Source of the DNA: Ancylonema sp.
Lineage: Eukaryota
DNA length: 64,000 nt
Assembly (NCBI GenBank): GCA_050230475.1
Contig: JBFLGF010000173.1
Coordinates: 1-64,000 of the forward strand
Direction: 5' to 3'
Part shown: positions 27,401 to 38,560 of the stretch, in pieces
Position numbering within the stretch: position 1 is the first letter of the stretch
How the letters are laid out: every line of letters starts with the position of its first letter
Translations under genes and position numbers: made by a program
Notes under the pieces: model-generated
The model's database searches: none
What the model was told of the DNA's origin: nothing
What the model saw: the letters and a program-made list of their open reading frames with translations, nothing else

Positions 27401-28372
27401 CTCGATCGAAGCCATCCGCACCCAGGCTAACGCGGATCGAGTAAAGCGGGAGAAGGCGGATAAAGACAAAGTCACCGCTAAACTCCGTGCATTACTCAAG
27501 GAGGAGTGGGAAGCAGAGTGTGAAGACGACCGCATCCAACCTACCGAGGCGCCTGCATCCATGGACGAGGCAACGGTGGATGACGGTGATGCAAAGTTGC
27601 GAGCAGGCCGTCAACGAGAAATCGACAACCTGGCCGAAGATCTGCAACACGCCAACACCACCATCTTCAACCAAGCTGCAGCATTGCGGGCGAAGGCGGA
27701 TGCCATCGCCGTCTACAAGGCGGAGAAGAAGAAGGGCAAGGAGAAGGCTGACCCCATCGTGAAGCTGGAACTTTCGGACTCCGAATCCGACAAGAACATG
27801 GAGAATATTCCACCTGCGGGATATCACCATCGAACCACGGTCACCATCGGCGATTGGAAACTAGTCCGGAGTCCACGCGCGGAGTTGTAGCGTCCTGTAC
27901 ATCGACAGAGGACCACTCCCCCAGCCCACACTCCGCCGACACCTCAGCCTATCCCGGTGTACCACACCGTTCCCTTGTGTCCCCCATCATCGACACTCCC
28001 CAAGGCCCAACCTTCAGTGCCCCCTCTTATCCCCATCCCTTCCGCACAGCACAATGCAGCCCAATTTGCTCAAGACCTGATAGCAGTCAACGCTATGGCG
28101 ACGGCTGCACAACGCCATTTGGCACTCCGTGACTACGACAACTTGCGTGATCCCCGTGATGGCGACGACATCGATAGGCATCGGGCACGCTATCGTCAAA
28201 AGGTCCCGTTTTGGAACCCCAGGGATCAACATCTCACCATTCCTGGTTACCCTTACCTCATCACCCACAGGGTATTGCCTGCCACATTTTCACTCCAGTG
28301 GTTAGCCAAGAAAACTTGGAGAATCTACACACCCCGTAGCGTGAATTCTGTCGCCACCATCCGCGAGGAGCA
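24491..28372 (+). mobile_element. Gypsy-like element: probable LTR (~24491-25057) plus gag/protease ORF 25258-26532 and further degenerate ORFs
   Basis: 24520-25057 is homologous to 51800-52332. Aspartic protease VMDTGAKETMIG...CPMGGFPDSW is homologous to 53145-53700. The element ends at an N gap. Confidence 0.7.
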
Positions 28373-28373
28373 N
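28373..28373. other. Assembly gap / ambiguous base
   Basis: Single N with unrelated element types on each side. Confidence 0.9.
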
Positions 28374-28375
28374 AT

Positions 28376-28530
28376 GTCCCCCCAACAGTAGTGACCCACC
28401 CTGTGACCGACTTCTCAATCATACTACAGCTCTTCCAACTACCATCACAATACCCCCTGATCTCTAGCCGCTTCTGCCTCACGTAGCACAGTCCGTGATC
28501 CACCATCCCTTTAGATATCTGAACAGTTGG
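28376..28530 (-). mobile_element. Copia RT/RNase H junction fragment
   Basis: RYLKGMVDHGLCY...EIRGYCDGSW...KSVTGWVTTVGG. Confidence 0.75.
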
Positions 28531-28809
28531 TGTAAGGCTGTTATGTGAGCAGTCCCAGCAACGCACCGGCTTCACTGGCTCCCCCCTGGCTCTGATACCA
28601 GTTTTATGGGCCCACTACGGGGAAAATGTTGACCGGGTGCGGTGAAGCCGGTGCGTTGACTATGGCCTGAAGGGGTGTGTCAGATGTCAGCCTCGCTGGT
28701 AAACGCAAGTCAAACGTGGTTCTAGTACGGGGGCATTTGAACACGTGCACAGTGGGTAATAAAACCCCAAGAGTCTAGATATACAGATCCTAGTTCTACA
28801 CACACATCG

Positions 28810-28882
28810 GACTAGGTGGCTCAGTGGTAAGAGTAGTCCGGCGTCGAAGGACACGTCCCGGGTTCGTTCCCCGGCCTAGTCA
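28810..28882 (+). tRNA. tRNA-like cloverleaf (non-canonical, nominal anticodon GTC) carried inside an LTR element
   Basis: GACTAGG/CCTAGTC acceptor stem, GCTC/GAGT D-stem with A-box TGGCTCAGTGG, GTCC/GGAC anticodon stem, CCGGG-TTCGTTC-CCCGG T-arm. 73 nt long, with TTTT 4 nt downstream. Confidence 0.65.
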
Positions 28883-28892
28883 ACATTTTCCC

Positions 28893-29383
28893 CGTAGTGG
28901 GCCCATAACCTTTTAGGATTGTCACGTGATTGGTGTGCGAGATTGTGTGATGAAATTTCCGTACAAACGTCTCGGGACTACGGATCTCTCGGGACTACGT
29001 CTCTCGGAGCTGATCAATAACAAATATTATGTTGGAATCATAATGTTGAATGGTCGGCATTGGTTAGGTAATACCACGATGCCTCGTACAAATCGAGAGT
29101 CACAAAGTGTGTTGACGGTCGGATCTACTGACCGTTGGCCTATCACAACTCAACAACAATCAGATTATGTCAGCGGCACATGCCGGACAGTCTGACAAGA
29201 CATAACGTCTAGATGCGGAACCATCACGTGCCCTAAACGGCACAATCGAAATGTCATGATCGAGTGTCCGGACACAAGTCCGGCCCCTCGATACAAGTAC
29301 ACCCTAGGAATCCTACCGGTTATTCAAACTGGTAGCCTGGACTAGCACACTAGCAAGCATGGCTATCCGATATAATTCCTACA
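28893..29383 (-). mobile_element. LTR family 2 (28912-29383) with half-tRNAiMet PBS (28893-28910), inserted in a family-1 Copia
   Basis: Starts TGTAGGAATTATATCGGATAGCC on the minus strand and is homologous to 11524-11995. It interrupts the integrase downstream region at VQLEHRDRNG. Confidence 0.75.
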
Positions 29384-31340
29384 TTCCGTTTCGATCTCTG
29401 TGTTCCAGTTGCACATAAACTTTGCAACCATTAGAACTAAGGTGGTTGACATTTGGAGTGCTACCCGTCCACATTTCTTCAGGTATCTTTGGCAGATTCG
29501 TCACATGGCTGCGATTTTGGAGGTAAGAAGCGTGAGAAATGGCTTCAACCCAAAGATCATGATGAATTTTCATGTGAGGTAGCATCGAACGAGCCTTGTC
29601 TTGCCCTGCCCTATTTTACAAAGTCTTGTTCAGTCTCTTTGTGATGGCATTTGCCTGAGGGGTAAAAGGAGGAGTAGGCTCGTGATTGATGCCTTCGCCT
29701 CGGAGCCACAATGCAAAATCACCATCGATAAATTCACCTCCCCTGTCAGACCGCATATTTTTTACCACTTTTCCACTTTGTCGCTGCCAAATCGCAATCC
29801 GTTTTTTCAGTCGAGGAGTTGCGTCACTTTTCAAGCGCAAAATTTCCACCCAAGATTTTCGACTATACTCATCGACAACCGCCATATTCCAGATCCCCCC
29901 CCCAAGCGACGCCGGTTGGAAGGGTCTCGCCAAATCCACCAACATTCTTCCGAGGCAAACTTTTTCCCCTGTTTCAAGCTCTCTACTCGGATGAGGTCGA
30001 TCATGCGCTTTCCTTAGCTTGCAACCCTCATAGTTTTGCAGTGCACCAAAAATTCCACCTTCAAGGCCACGCATTATATCTCCTTTCGCCATATTTATGA
30101 GGACCCTCTCATTTGCGTGACCGAAACGAGAATGCACGATGTTGACATCGACAGCTGCAACGATTGCTTCCCCTTCGATTTGTCGATCATGGCGGAGTGG
30201 TGTGCAGATCAAGGTATGGCAACCAGTCTTTAATTCTCGAATTGTAGAGATTTGCTTGCCATCTTTCCTGTAGACTGGAATTATGCCACCTGCTAGACCT
30301 TGATTTTTTTTCTCCCACCCTTGCTCTCTCGCCTTTTGGCCACTGACTAAACCCACTCTCATCCTTGGAATGTATATTCGATTTCTTAAAGTAATGCCTC
30401 CACATTCTCTCCAGTCTCAACTATCGCCCACTACTTGATGCGCACACTGCCAACAAGATGATGCATGAACATTTCTTAAGGAATGTCGACGAGAGTCTTG
30501 AAATCTTCTTTTTGTCCAATAGAATGGTGACTAGATCCATCGTCCCACATAAAAGCTCTCTCCTTATCGCCTTCACCATCAAGTCCCTCACAGATTTCTC
30601 CGACTACCATTTCACCATGTCCACTGTCTCCACTCTCATCGATTTTGCTCACGTGCAAATATTCATCCAGCCTGCTGGCCTTCGCGCTCCATTCGAGGAG
30701 CCAGATTCTTTTTTCCGAACAGTTAAATTGAATGTGACCGAGGGCTCCATAATACTCGCAGCTATCATCTTTTCTTGGACAGTCCCTACTGAAATGACTT
30801 GTTATACCACAAGTGTAGGTGGCATGACCGCCACTTGCTCCTCTCCCTCCACCACCACCTCAATCACTTCTGCCTCCTCGATTTTCGATGTAATCACCTC
30901 TGCCAACACCTCTGCCTCCACGACTATCACCACCACTACCTCTCCCTTCATTTGAAAATTTCTGACGTGCATCCCGCTTTGTATAATTTGCTTCAGCTAC
31001 CAACGCTTCAACATCTCTTTTGCCTTTCTCCTTGTTATCATCTAGCTCATCGAATCCCATTTGTGCCCACACCCAAGTGATTCAAGGAGCCTTTGCTTGC
31101 CCATAGTACAACTTTTTGAGCATGCCGTACTTTGTCCTTGACATTCCCGCGAACAATGTCATGACCTAATCCTCCTTACTGACATCATACTACTAATGCT
31201 TGCATGCTCTGATGATCGATATAAATTCTTCTTGATGTCTCAAACCAACATATTTTCATCGATCTTGAAAAAACTTAGTCTCTAATTTCCAAACTGCTTC
31301 AACTCAGGAGTCACTTTGTCATATTCATGACGTGCCAGAT
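29384..31340 (-). mobile_element. Degenerate Copia family-1 gag-protease-integrase
   Basis: VMTLFAGMSRTKYG, FMWDDGSSHH, HSRFGHANER, VVDEYSRKSW, MRSDRGGEF and PFTPQANA. Confidence 0.9.
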
Positions 31341-32299
31341 GGAGTCGTCAGACAGCCTGTCGACGAAATCTCACAAAAATAAAGAAATCGAAAGATTTTG
31401 GAAAAATCTCCAAAACTTGATCTTTCATATTTTTTTTTGTCGATGAAAATGACGGATGATGGTTGATGACTTGGCTGCTTGTCTAGATGAGCAGCAACAG
31501 GATTGGACCTTGGGTCATCATCTGGATCTCACTCCCCCCCCCCGAGCTACGAAAGCTCCACGTCGGAGGGTGGGACACACGGACAGATGATGTGGAGCAC
31601 GGTTAGGATGAATTGTAGAACGCCTGGTTTCTTGTGGTTCACTGTCGAAACATAGGTTTTCTCATATGCAGTGCAAACACGTCCAGATTGGTTAGGGAGA
31701 CCGAATTGCATGGGTTTCCAGTAGTAGGCATGATGAGAGTGGCCTGAGTCATATTGATGTTGAATTGCATGCAAGGGTGAAGGGAAGTGTTTTAAAAGAA
31801 AATTCGGATTGTTGGCCGGTGGTGAGACAGCAAGGACAGAAACAGGATCAGAATCTACGGTGGGTGCTCGCCAAGGTGTGCAACGTGAACTTTCTTTAGA
31901 GAGTGATGGTGAGTGGCAAATCAAATATGGAACTTCTGTCAAAAATTCAAGAATTTCCTTTTCAACTTGTAATAACTTCGTTATATTTGTAGTGAGGGAC
32001 TCAGTTTGAGTGATGACTGGCTGATAGCAAGGGTAAATAGTGGTCGAGGATGCCGAAGTTATGGGTGAACTAGAAGCGGTAGAAGATGCACTAGGGGTTT
32101 TCCAAGGTTTGTCATTAAAAGGTGGTGGAATTGCCAATGACGAAAGGAGAACTGAACGTGTTGGTGTCTTCTAACTTTGATTCTTGGGTTTCGGATTCAT
32201 GGGTTGGGTGACAGGATGCATTGGAATTTTGGTGGAGTTGTCCCTCTGTCTCAACAAGGATGGTGGAGAATACTTGAGAGTTGAGGTGAGGCGCTGTCC

Positions 32300-32620
32300 C
32301 TATGGCTTGTAGGTTGCCATGATGATGGATGCCAGCCAGTGGGTGACGTGACGATCTAGGGACAAACCAAGGGTGTTGTGACGTTGAGCGGCGGTTCGTA
32401 TCATTCCCACAGGTCCCGTTGTAGCTCCCGGGGTGAAGCCCATGGCACGTTCCAGATCATAGGGTGAAGGTGTAATATAGGTGCCAGATTGTTGCTCATA
32501 CACCATGCCCTCGCTTGGGTGACCGGTGGCCGGATCAATGGTGAAATCAAAGGCGTCGGGGTACGGGGTGATAGGTGGGAATGCACGTCGGGGTTGCACA
32601 TCACTGGCGACTATTTTTGG
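32300..32620 (-). pseudogene. DNMT3-like C5 cytosine methyltransferase C-terminal fragment (motifs IX-X), transposon-borne
   Basis: LERAMGFTPGAT...AAQRHNTLGLSLDRHVTHWL resembles DNMT3 ELERxFGFPxxYT...RQKLLGRSWSVPVIRHL (recalled consensus). Confidence 0.65.
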
Positions 32621-33974
32621 GGTGAAAGGAGGGCTGGGAAAGCGGTATAACATGAAAGATATGGGAGAAGCAAATTTCTTGCTGGGGCTTGAGATTCGAA
32701 GGCAGCCTAATGGCAACGTGTTTTTTGGTGCAAGAGAAATATGCCAGAGATATGCTCACCAAGTTTGGGATGCAAAATTGCAATTTTGCTGCTACTCCTC
32801 TTGAGCTGGGTGTCAAATTTTCTGCAAATAGTGAATCTACTTCTGAATCTGCTGGAATAGAGGGTGTGGGATACAAATCTGCAATGGGCAATTTGCCATA
32901 TCTGACTTCTCGCACAAGACCCGACCTGGCAACTGCTGTTTACTTCTTGTGTCGATTCAGTCAGCAGCTAGGGGACAAGCATTGGGAGGGGGTCAAGAGA
33001 GTTTTGCGCTATCTCTAGGGGACTGTTAGTGGAGGAGCTGCTGTGAGCTGGAAAAGTGGTCTCCTGGAAACAATCACACACTCAAGCTGTGAGAGTGAGT
33101 ATGTGGCATTGAGTGTTGCTCGCAATGAGGCCATTTATTTGAGCCCGATGCAAAAGGAGTCGGGTATTGGTGGGGGGACTGTGCTGTTGCTGGGGGACAA
33201 TGAGAGTTCCTTGAAACTTGTTGAGAATCCTGTCTTTCACAAGCGCTTTAAACACATCGAGATCAAGTATCATTCCATTCGAGAAATCGTGTCCAAGAAA
33301 AAGACTAGTCTCCAGTTTGTAAAGAGTGAAGACTAGGCTGATGATATGTTGACAAAACCAGTGTCTGTAAAGGTGTTGAAGAATAAATGTGATCTGGTGG
33401 GGTTGGTGTATGAAACATAATTGTAGCTGGTTCATTGATTGAGTTGACTTTGCTGAGTTTCGTGAGTTCTGTAAGTTTTTGATTGTAAAATCGATATCGT
33501 TTTCGTTATCGTTTTTGGAGGGGGAATACAAAAGTACCCAGGGAGGGGGTGTTAGTTTTTAGGTGCTGTGAAATTTTGTCGTTATATCGATTTTAGCAAT
33601 ACCGGGAATTTAGCTTTCGTTTTGTCGTTATTCAGCAAATGCAGGCTGCAGGCAGGCTGCAGGCCGATGTCCTTGTTTCAATGATTACTTGGCCATCTGG
33701 CACAAGTGTCGATAAGAACAAGTTGATGTGGCACAATGCTTAGATATGATTGGCAATTGACTAAGTAGTTTCGATATCAGTAGATCCTTTGACCAGGCAA
33801 CAATCGACTGTACTAGGTCTGGGTTTGCATGCTGAATTTTGTAATCAATATTTTCTACATCAAACTTGCACTTTTATTATGTCAACGTTTGTAATGACGT
33901 GATCTGTTTGATTCAAAGAGATTAAGAAGAAGTGAACTTTATTCTTGCATCGATGATAGAAGAAAGTTCTAACC
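32605..33974 (+). mobile_element. Copia family-1-related RT/RNase H, PPT and 3' LTR (33550-~33974)
   Basis: MKDMGEANFLLGLEI, TRPDLATAV, SSCESEYVAL, DNESSLKLVENPVFHKRFKHIEIKYH, PPT GGGAGGGGG and TGTTAG LTR start. Confidence 0.9.
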
Positions 33975-35180
33975 CAACTTCAATTTCAACACGAGATTTT
34001 GTCGTCGATTGGCAGCAATGACGACATAATTCAAAGTTTGAATAACAAACCAAAACGTTCGTTTTTAAATCATGGCAACCATCAAGTTGACCTTGGTTTT
34101 CTAATAACGTACAACCCCATAGTTGGTTCGGTCCATCCGTCCGCGTCCCTAGTGCGGACGCTCCATCGAAACATATACTGCCCCAAAATCGACTAAGTGT
34201 TTGTGACGTGCGTGCGTGGGTCTGCTTGCATGTAGAGATTGGGCTTGTAGATAACGGCGGCTCATGTTGATGAATTAATGGATCATTTTTCTTTATTTTT
34301 TGCACATTGCACAAGCCTTAGTCATAAACATAATAGTTGTTTACGGATTTTTCATCCGCGGTAAACCTTTCAAAATCCAGAAAGGAAAATAAAAAAATCA
34401 TACTACCGCCGTTCCGGCATTCAAGCCTAAAAAGACGAACCCCGGTCCGGAACAGGGACCTCGGAACCCCGGTCCGCTGATCCGTGCAACTTTGCCGGCC
34501 CCCCTCAAAAAAAAAAGAGGAAAGTTTGTAGTAACAACATCCAAAGCAACATCCTCGGACCCACGGAGTACCGATTGAGGAGAGCTTATGTCGGTGACTC
34601 CGTGTTTGTGTGTCTAAGCGTTTGTGCATTTTTGCGTTTGTGCGTTTGTTTTGTGCCTTTATTTGAATTGTAAGCATGATGCCAAATCGGTGGTCGAGGT
34701 CGCATTTCCGCATGGATGCAAAAATGAATGGGGGAAACTTACGCGTGACACACCTCGAGGGGGAAGAAAGTGTCAACACCGGATGAATATAACCAAGGGT
34801 GACTCCTACACTGAACGACTTTTGAAACTGAAACTTTAAAAAATCAAAGGGAAGCACAATTTCAACGCCGAAGTGGACCATGCAGAGTGCCGCAAATTGT
34901 TTTCACTGTTGATTCCGGAGGGGAATGAGCACACACATGATGGTTTCTATCCGTGCTCTATACACCATCGATTCACGCACGTGTGCACGAACACCATGGC
35001 ACCATCAAGTGGAGATAGTGTAAAGTAACCATTCTTCTTTGACTGCTTTCTGTGATGAATTCTTTGGTCTCCTTCGTCCAAGACCTGAGTTGAAGGCCAA
35101 ACGATAGCCTTCTCCACGCTGCCACCCATCCCTCTACCCTCATCCCCCATCCTTCTCCTCCTTCGATTCCTTCACTCCAC

Positions 35181-37017
35181 TTAACGCCACAGCTTTGCCA
35201 CTTCCTTCCCAACCCCTGTCCGGCCAGGTGTCCCCACGGCACGCTGCCACGTGGCCCCCATCGTGTGGAGGGCAGCATCCACAAACTCCACCAGAGAAGT
35301 GGGGGTACCGTGCTTCAGCCGCACAAAAAAAAGGCCCTCACTACCCCTCCCCCCAACCGCGCCACCCCCCCCCCCTCCCGCTGCCCCCTCTTGCCACCCG
35401 ACTTCAGGTCCCCAGGCTCCCTCCCTCCAACTCGTCTGTGTCCCCTCCTCACCATTACGATACAGAGGAAGATTCCCGAACTCACCGGACGTGACTGCCA
35501 TCATCCATTTCGTCAACAGCTCGTTGACCACTTGTGGCGTTTCGTGGTGTGGGCAGTGCCCCGACTCCAAGATTTCGTAATACACGGCTCTTGGCACGGC
35601 TCGTTTGAGTCTCTGCCCCCACAGCGGCACCACCCATGGGTCGTCTCGGCCGTAGACCAAGCAGACAGGGAGGGAAGCAGTAGAAATCCTGAAACAACTC
35701 CCCATACACATCGTCACCCACTCAAAACTGGGATTGGGGGGTTGGGGGTTGAGGGTCGGTACCTTGCCAGATTTTGGTCAAACGAGTATTCGCTTTTGGG
35801 GGCGAAAATGATGGACGCAAACGCAGCAGCAGCTGCTGGATGGTCTGTGGGCGATTTGATTTGGTGTACCAGACCATCATCCACGGCGGACTTGTGAAAG
35901 TACACCAACTGCAGCAAACGGCGGATGGTAGAAGGATGGCGGAGGGCATCCCACCTGCACCAGATAACACCTCCCCATCACAACCTGGCCGTATGTTCCC
36001 CTCACCCTGTGGTAGGTCTCCCCCTTACCACCTCCGTGCGACCCCCCTTGCAAGCCCCGGCACTGGCAGCTGCCCCCCCCATAGCCCCAACCGCGCTGCC
36101 CTCGGGCTCATCTTGGGGTTGGGGGTGAAGGCCCAGAAAGGGGTCGCATTCATAAGTACCAAACTCATTACCAGCGAAGGCTCACTGGCCGCCACGTAGG
36201 CTCCGATGTACCCCCCCAACGAGGTCCCACAGATGTGAGCGGGACGCTGGATGACGTGGCGAAGGAAGTCCACCACCTGATCCTTCCAGACGTCCACAGA
36301 ATACACCAGACCCTCCGCCCAGGGTTCGGGGGCGGGCCCAAACCCCCACTCCCACGGAGTGACGGTGTTCTGTGGGGATGGCGGGCCGTGGAGGGGGGCG
36401 GGGTCGTGCGTGGGCCACGATTCTCCTTGTCCAATCAGATCCATCGCCCACACTTGGTGCGTGGCGCTGAGGGCGGACAGCTGGCGGTGGAAGTGGAAAG
36501 AGCCAACTCCGAAGCCAGGGAGCAGGAGTATGGCAGGGAGGGAGCTGGGGCAGGGGCGGAGGGAAAGGCCGAATTCGATTCAAGGAGCGGTAGGAGTCGG
36601 TGGTAAGAGGGTGGAAGTGGTTTGGTAGTTTGGTCACCTGTTCCCCTCGCCCGCCACCTCATAGTGCACCCGCCACTTCTCTTTCCAATCCCAGAAGCCG
36701 CTTCGGATAGCCGCATCGCCCTCCGCCGCTGCTTCCGTACCACCACTTACAGCAGCACGGGTTCGTCTCCACGTGCCACCTGGAGGATCATTTTCTGTGC
36801 AAGGAAACGCACCTGCCAAGTGGTACCTAAACAGTGCGCTAGCTGGACTTTGATGGCAAGATGTGGAGATATTTGGCAGAGCTCCATGGTAGCGGGGCTG
36901 AAAAAATCTTGGAGGGTGGGATTGATAGAGGCGTGTCTGCTTCGTAGGGAGGTTGGAAGGGTGAATCTGGTGCGTGATGTATACTCGTTCACTTCCTAGG
37001 TTAACTCCGACCGTCAT
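35181..37017 (-). CDS. PPH: Pheophytinase (alpha/beta hydrolase); introns 36545-36637, 35955-36028, 35689-35762; start at 37017, or at 36887 with a short extra intron
   Basis: LLPGFGVGSFHF, WAMDLIGQG, GxSLGG nucleophile elbow, PPH-type NATPFW motif, YGRDDPWV and GHCPH. GT-AG introns restore the frame. Confidence 0.85.
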
Positions 37018-37346
37018 TCTCGGACGGTGCTTTTGGGTCGGAAGGGTTGGGGAAAAGGGCATTGAGGTTGGCAAGCGCGATTATTTCGGCGGTCGTTGGT
37101 GGAGGGATGGTGGGGAGAGGGGGGAGTTCGTCCGCCTCAGACAGAGGAATGGTCTGCAGGAAGGGCGTGGGAGAGAAGAGATGGGTTAAAAAAAGTGCTA
37201 GGTACATTGGCAAGACTAAATCCAGGTTAGTCGGGAGGCAAAAGTGAAGGTGGTTGAGTGAGTACCAGATCTGGTTTGTAGATGTTGTGCACTACGGCAG
37301 CTCCGGCAAAAAGGGAGGAAAATGCAACGGCATAGGAGCGGAGCAT
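37001..37346 (-). CDS. UQCC6: BRAWNIN/UQCC6-like (DUF4516) mitochondrial microprotein, 77 aa; exons 37266-37346 and 37001-37153
   Basis: MLRSYAVAFSSLFAGAAVVHNIYKPDL|TIP matches the recalled family motif AGAxVVHxxYxPDLTIP. A GT...CAG intron at 37154-37265 joins PDL to TIP. Confidence 0.75.
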
Positions 37347-37467
37347 TGTGTTCACCGTGAATCTCCAGTGCCATTCACGCCGGATGGTGAGAATCGATGG
37401 CTCGAGACACAAGAACGGACCGCAGTTGAACCAGTACACCCAGTAGTACCAGTACCCACAGCGCCCA

Positions 37468-37575
37468 CATAGTTGGCTTCGCCCCGGGCGGATATTTTTT
37501 CGTTCGGGAAGCCGCTCGAACGAGCCCGTCCGTTGCGAAAAGCGGGGCGAATTTTCGGGGCGGAGCCCAACTATG
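37468..37575. mobile_element. Short CATAGTTGG-type MITE (GCCCCG motif) just upstream of the BRAWNIN-like start
   Basis: TIR CATAGTTGGCTTCGCCCCG / CGGGGCGGAGCCCAACTATG. No clear TSD. Related copy at 63726-63836. Confidence 0.55.
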
Positions 37576-37738
37576 GTCACTGACCATGGTCAATCCGCAA
37601 CCCCACCCAACTCCGCTACTCCGGTCGGGCTGCGCCACTCCCGCCCCCGAGCAGGCCAAACCCAACGAACCCAACCCGCCGCACGGAGTTGCGAGCTGCG
37701 TGGAGTTGTGGAGTTGCGTCGGGGTTGCGTGTTTTACT

Positions 37739-38560
37739 AGGGAGATGTTACGCGCAGACTGGCAACGACTGCGCGCAGAACTAAATCCTGCGCGCAGAAT
37801 GCGTAATCGCGCCCAGTCGGCCATTCTCGTACCGGCTGGTGATTTGGCCGTTCGAAACTTACCGTCAAAATTAATCACATAACCCGGACTGCACACGTGT
37901 AACAATATTGCCACATCAGCGAAACGAAGCATGAGGTTCGGTAGCCTCCCTTTCTACTCAATTCGGCCTCTACTGCACCCTGATGCTACTAGCCGACCTT
38001 CCACTGCGGGCTATTGTCATCCGCAGCCCTTCAATTTAACCGACCTGAGCGAATATGCCACCAAATTGAAAGCGGAGACACGCTCTGTGATACTCACTTT
38101 CAAATTGTATTGAAAAAAAATAACGAAAAATGTTTTTGACGCCATATTGTAGCACAGTATATGAAACACTATTATGGCAAGAAAGCATGCGCGAACAGCA
38201 TAACAGGAAGGATTAAAAACGTTTTTATAATTTATTTTTTTGGAAGATAAAGAAGAATGTCAGAGAAACGTATTCATCGTGAAATTTTGAAGAAAGGTGG
38301 GGTATGCACTCGATGCGGATAAATCGTGGCTGCCAAGGAAGGTAGTAAAGAGAGCGAATCGGGAGAGGCCGTGGGTCGGATGAAGCTGGTTCACGTACAG
38401 CGGCAATTATGCCACGATAAACAACCGAGATACTACCAAAAAAGAATCACGCCAACATCGATTTTACGGGTAGTACCGGGAGAGTTCGACGGCAAGTTTT
38501 GAACGGCCAAATCACCAGCCGGTACCCTAAGTCTGCGCGTTCTGCGCGTAACATCTCCCT
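37739..38560. mobile_element. Non-autonomous TIR element
   Basis: TIR AGGGAGATGTTACGCGCAGA plus a second internal inverted block (37829-37870 / 38484-38525). TTACT on both flanks. Confidence 0.7.

Noticed and set aside
28810..28882. Functional tRNA-Asp(GTC)
   Set aside because: The anticodon loop GCGTCGA lacks U33, the T-loop lacks A58 and there is a G-A mismatch in the stem. The other copy has a different loop, so it is treated as tRNA-like only.
31547..32137. 196-aa ORF as a host gene
   Set aside because: It lies among retroelement debris, has no recognisable domain and uses a non-ATG start.
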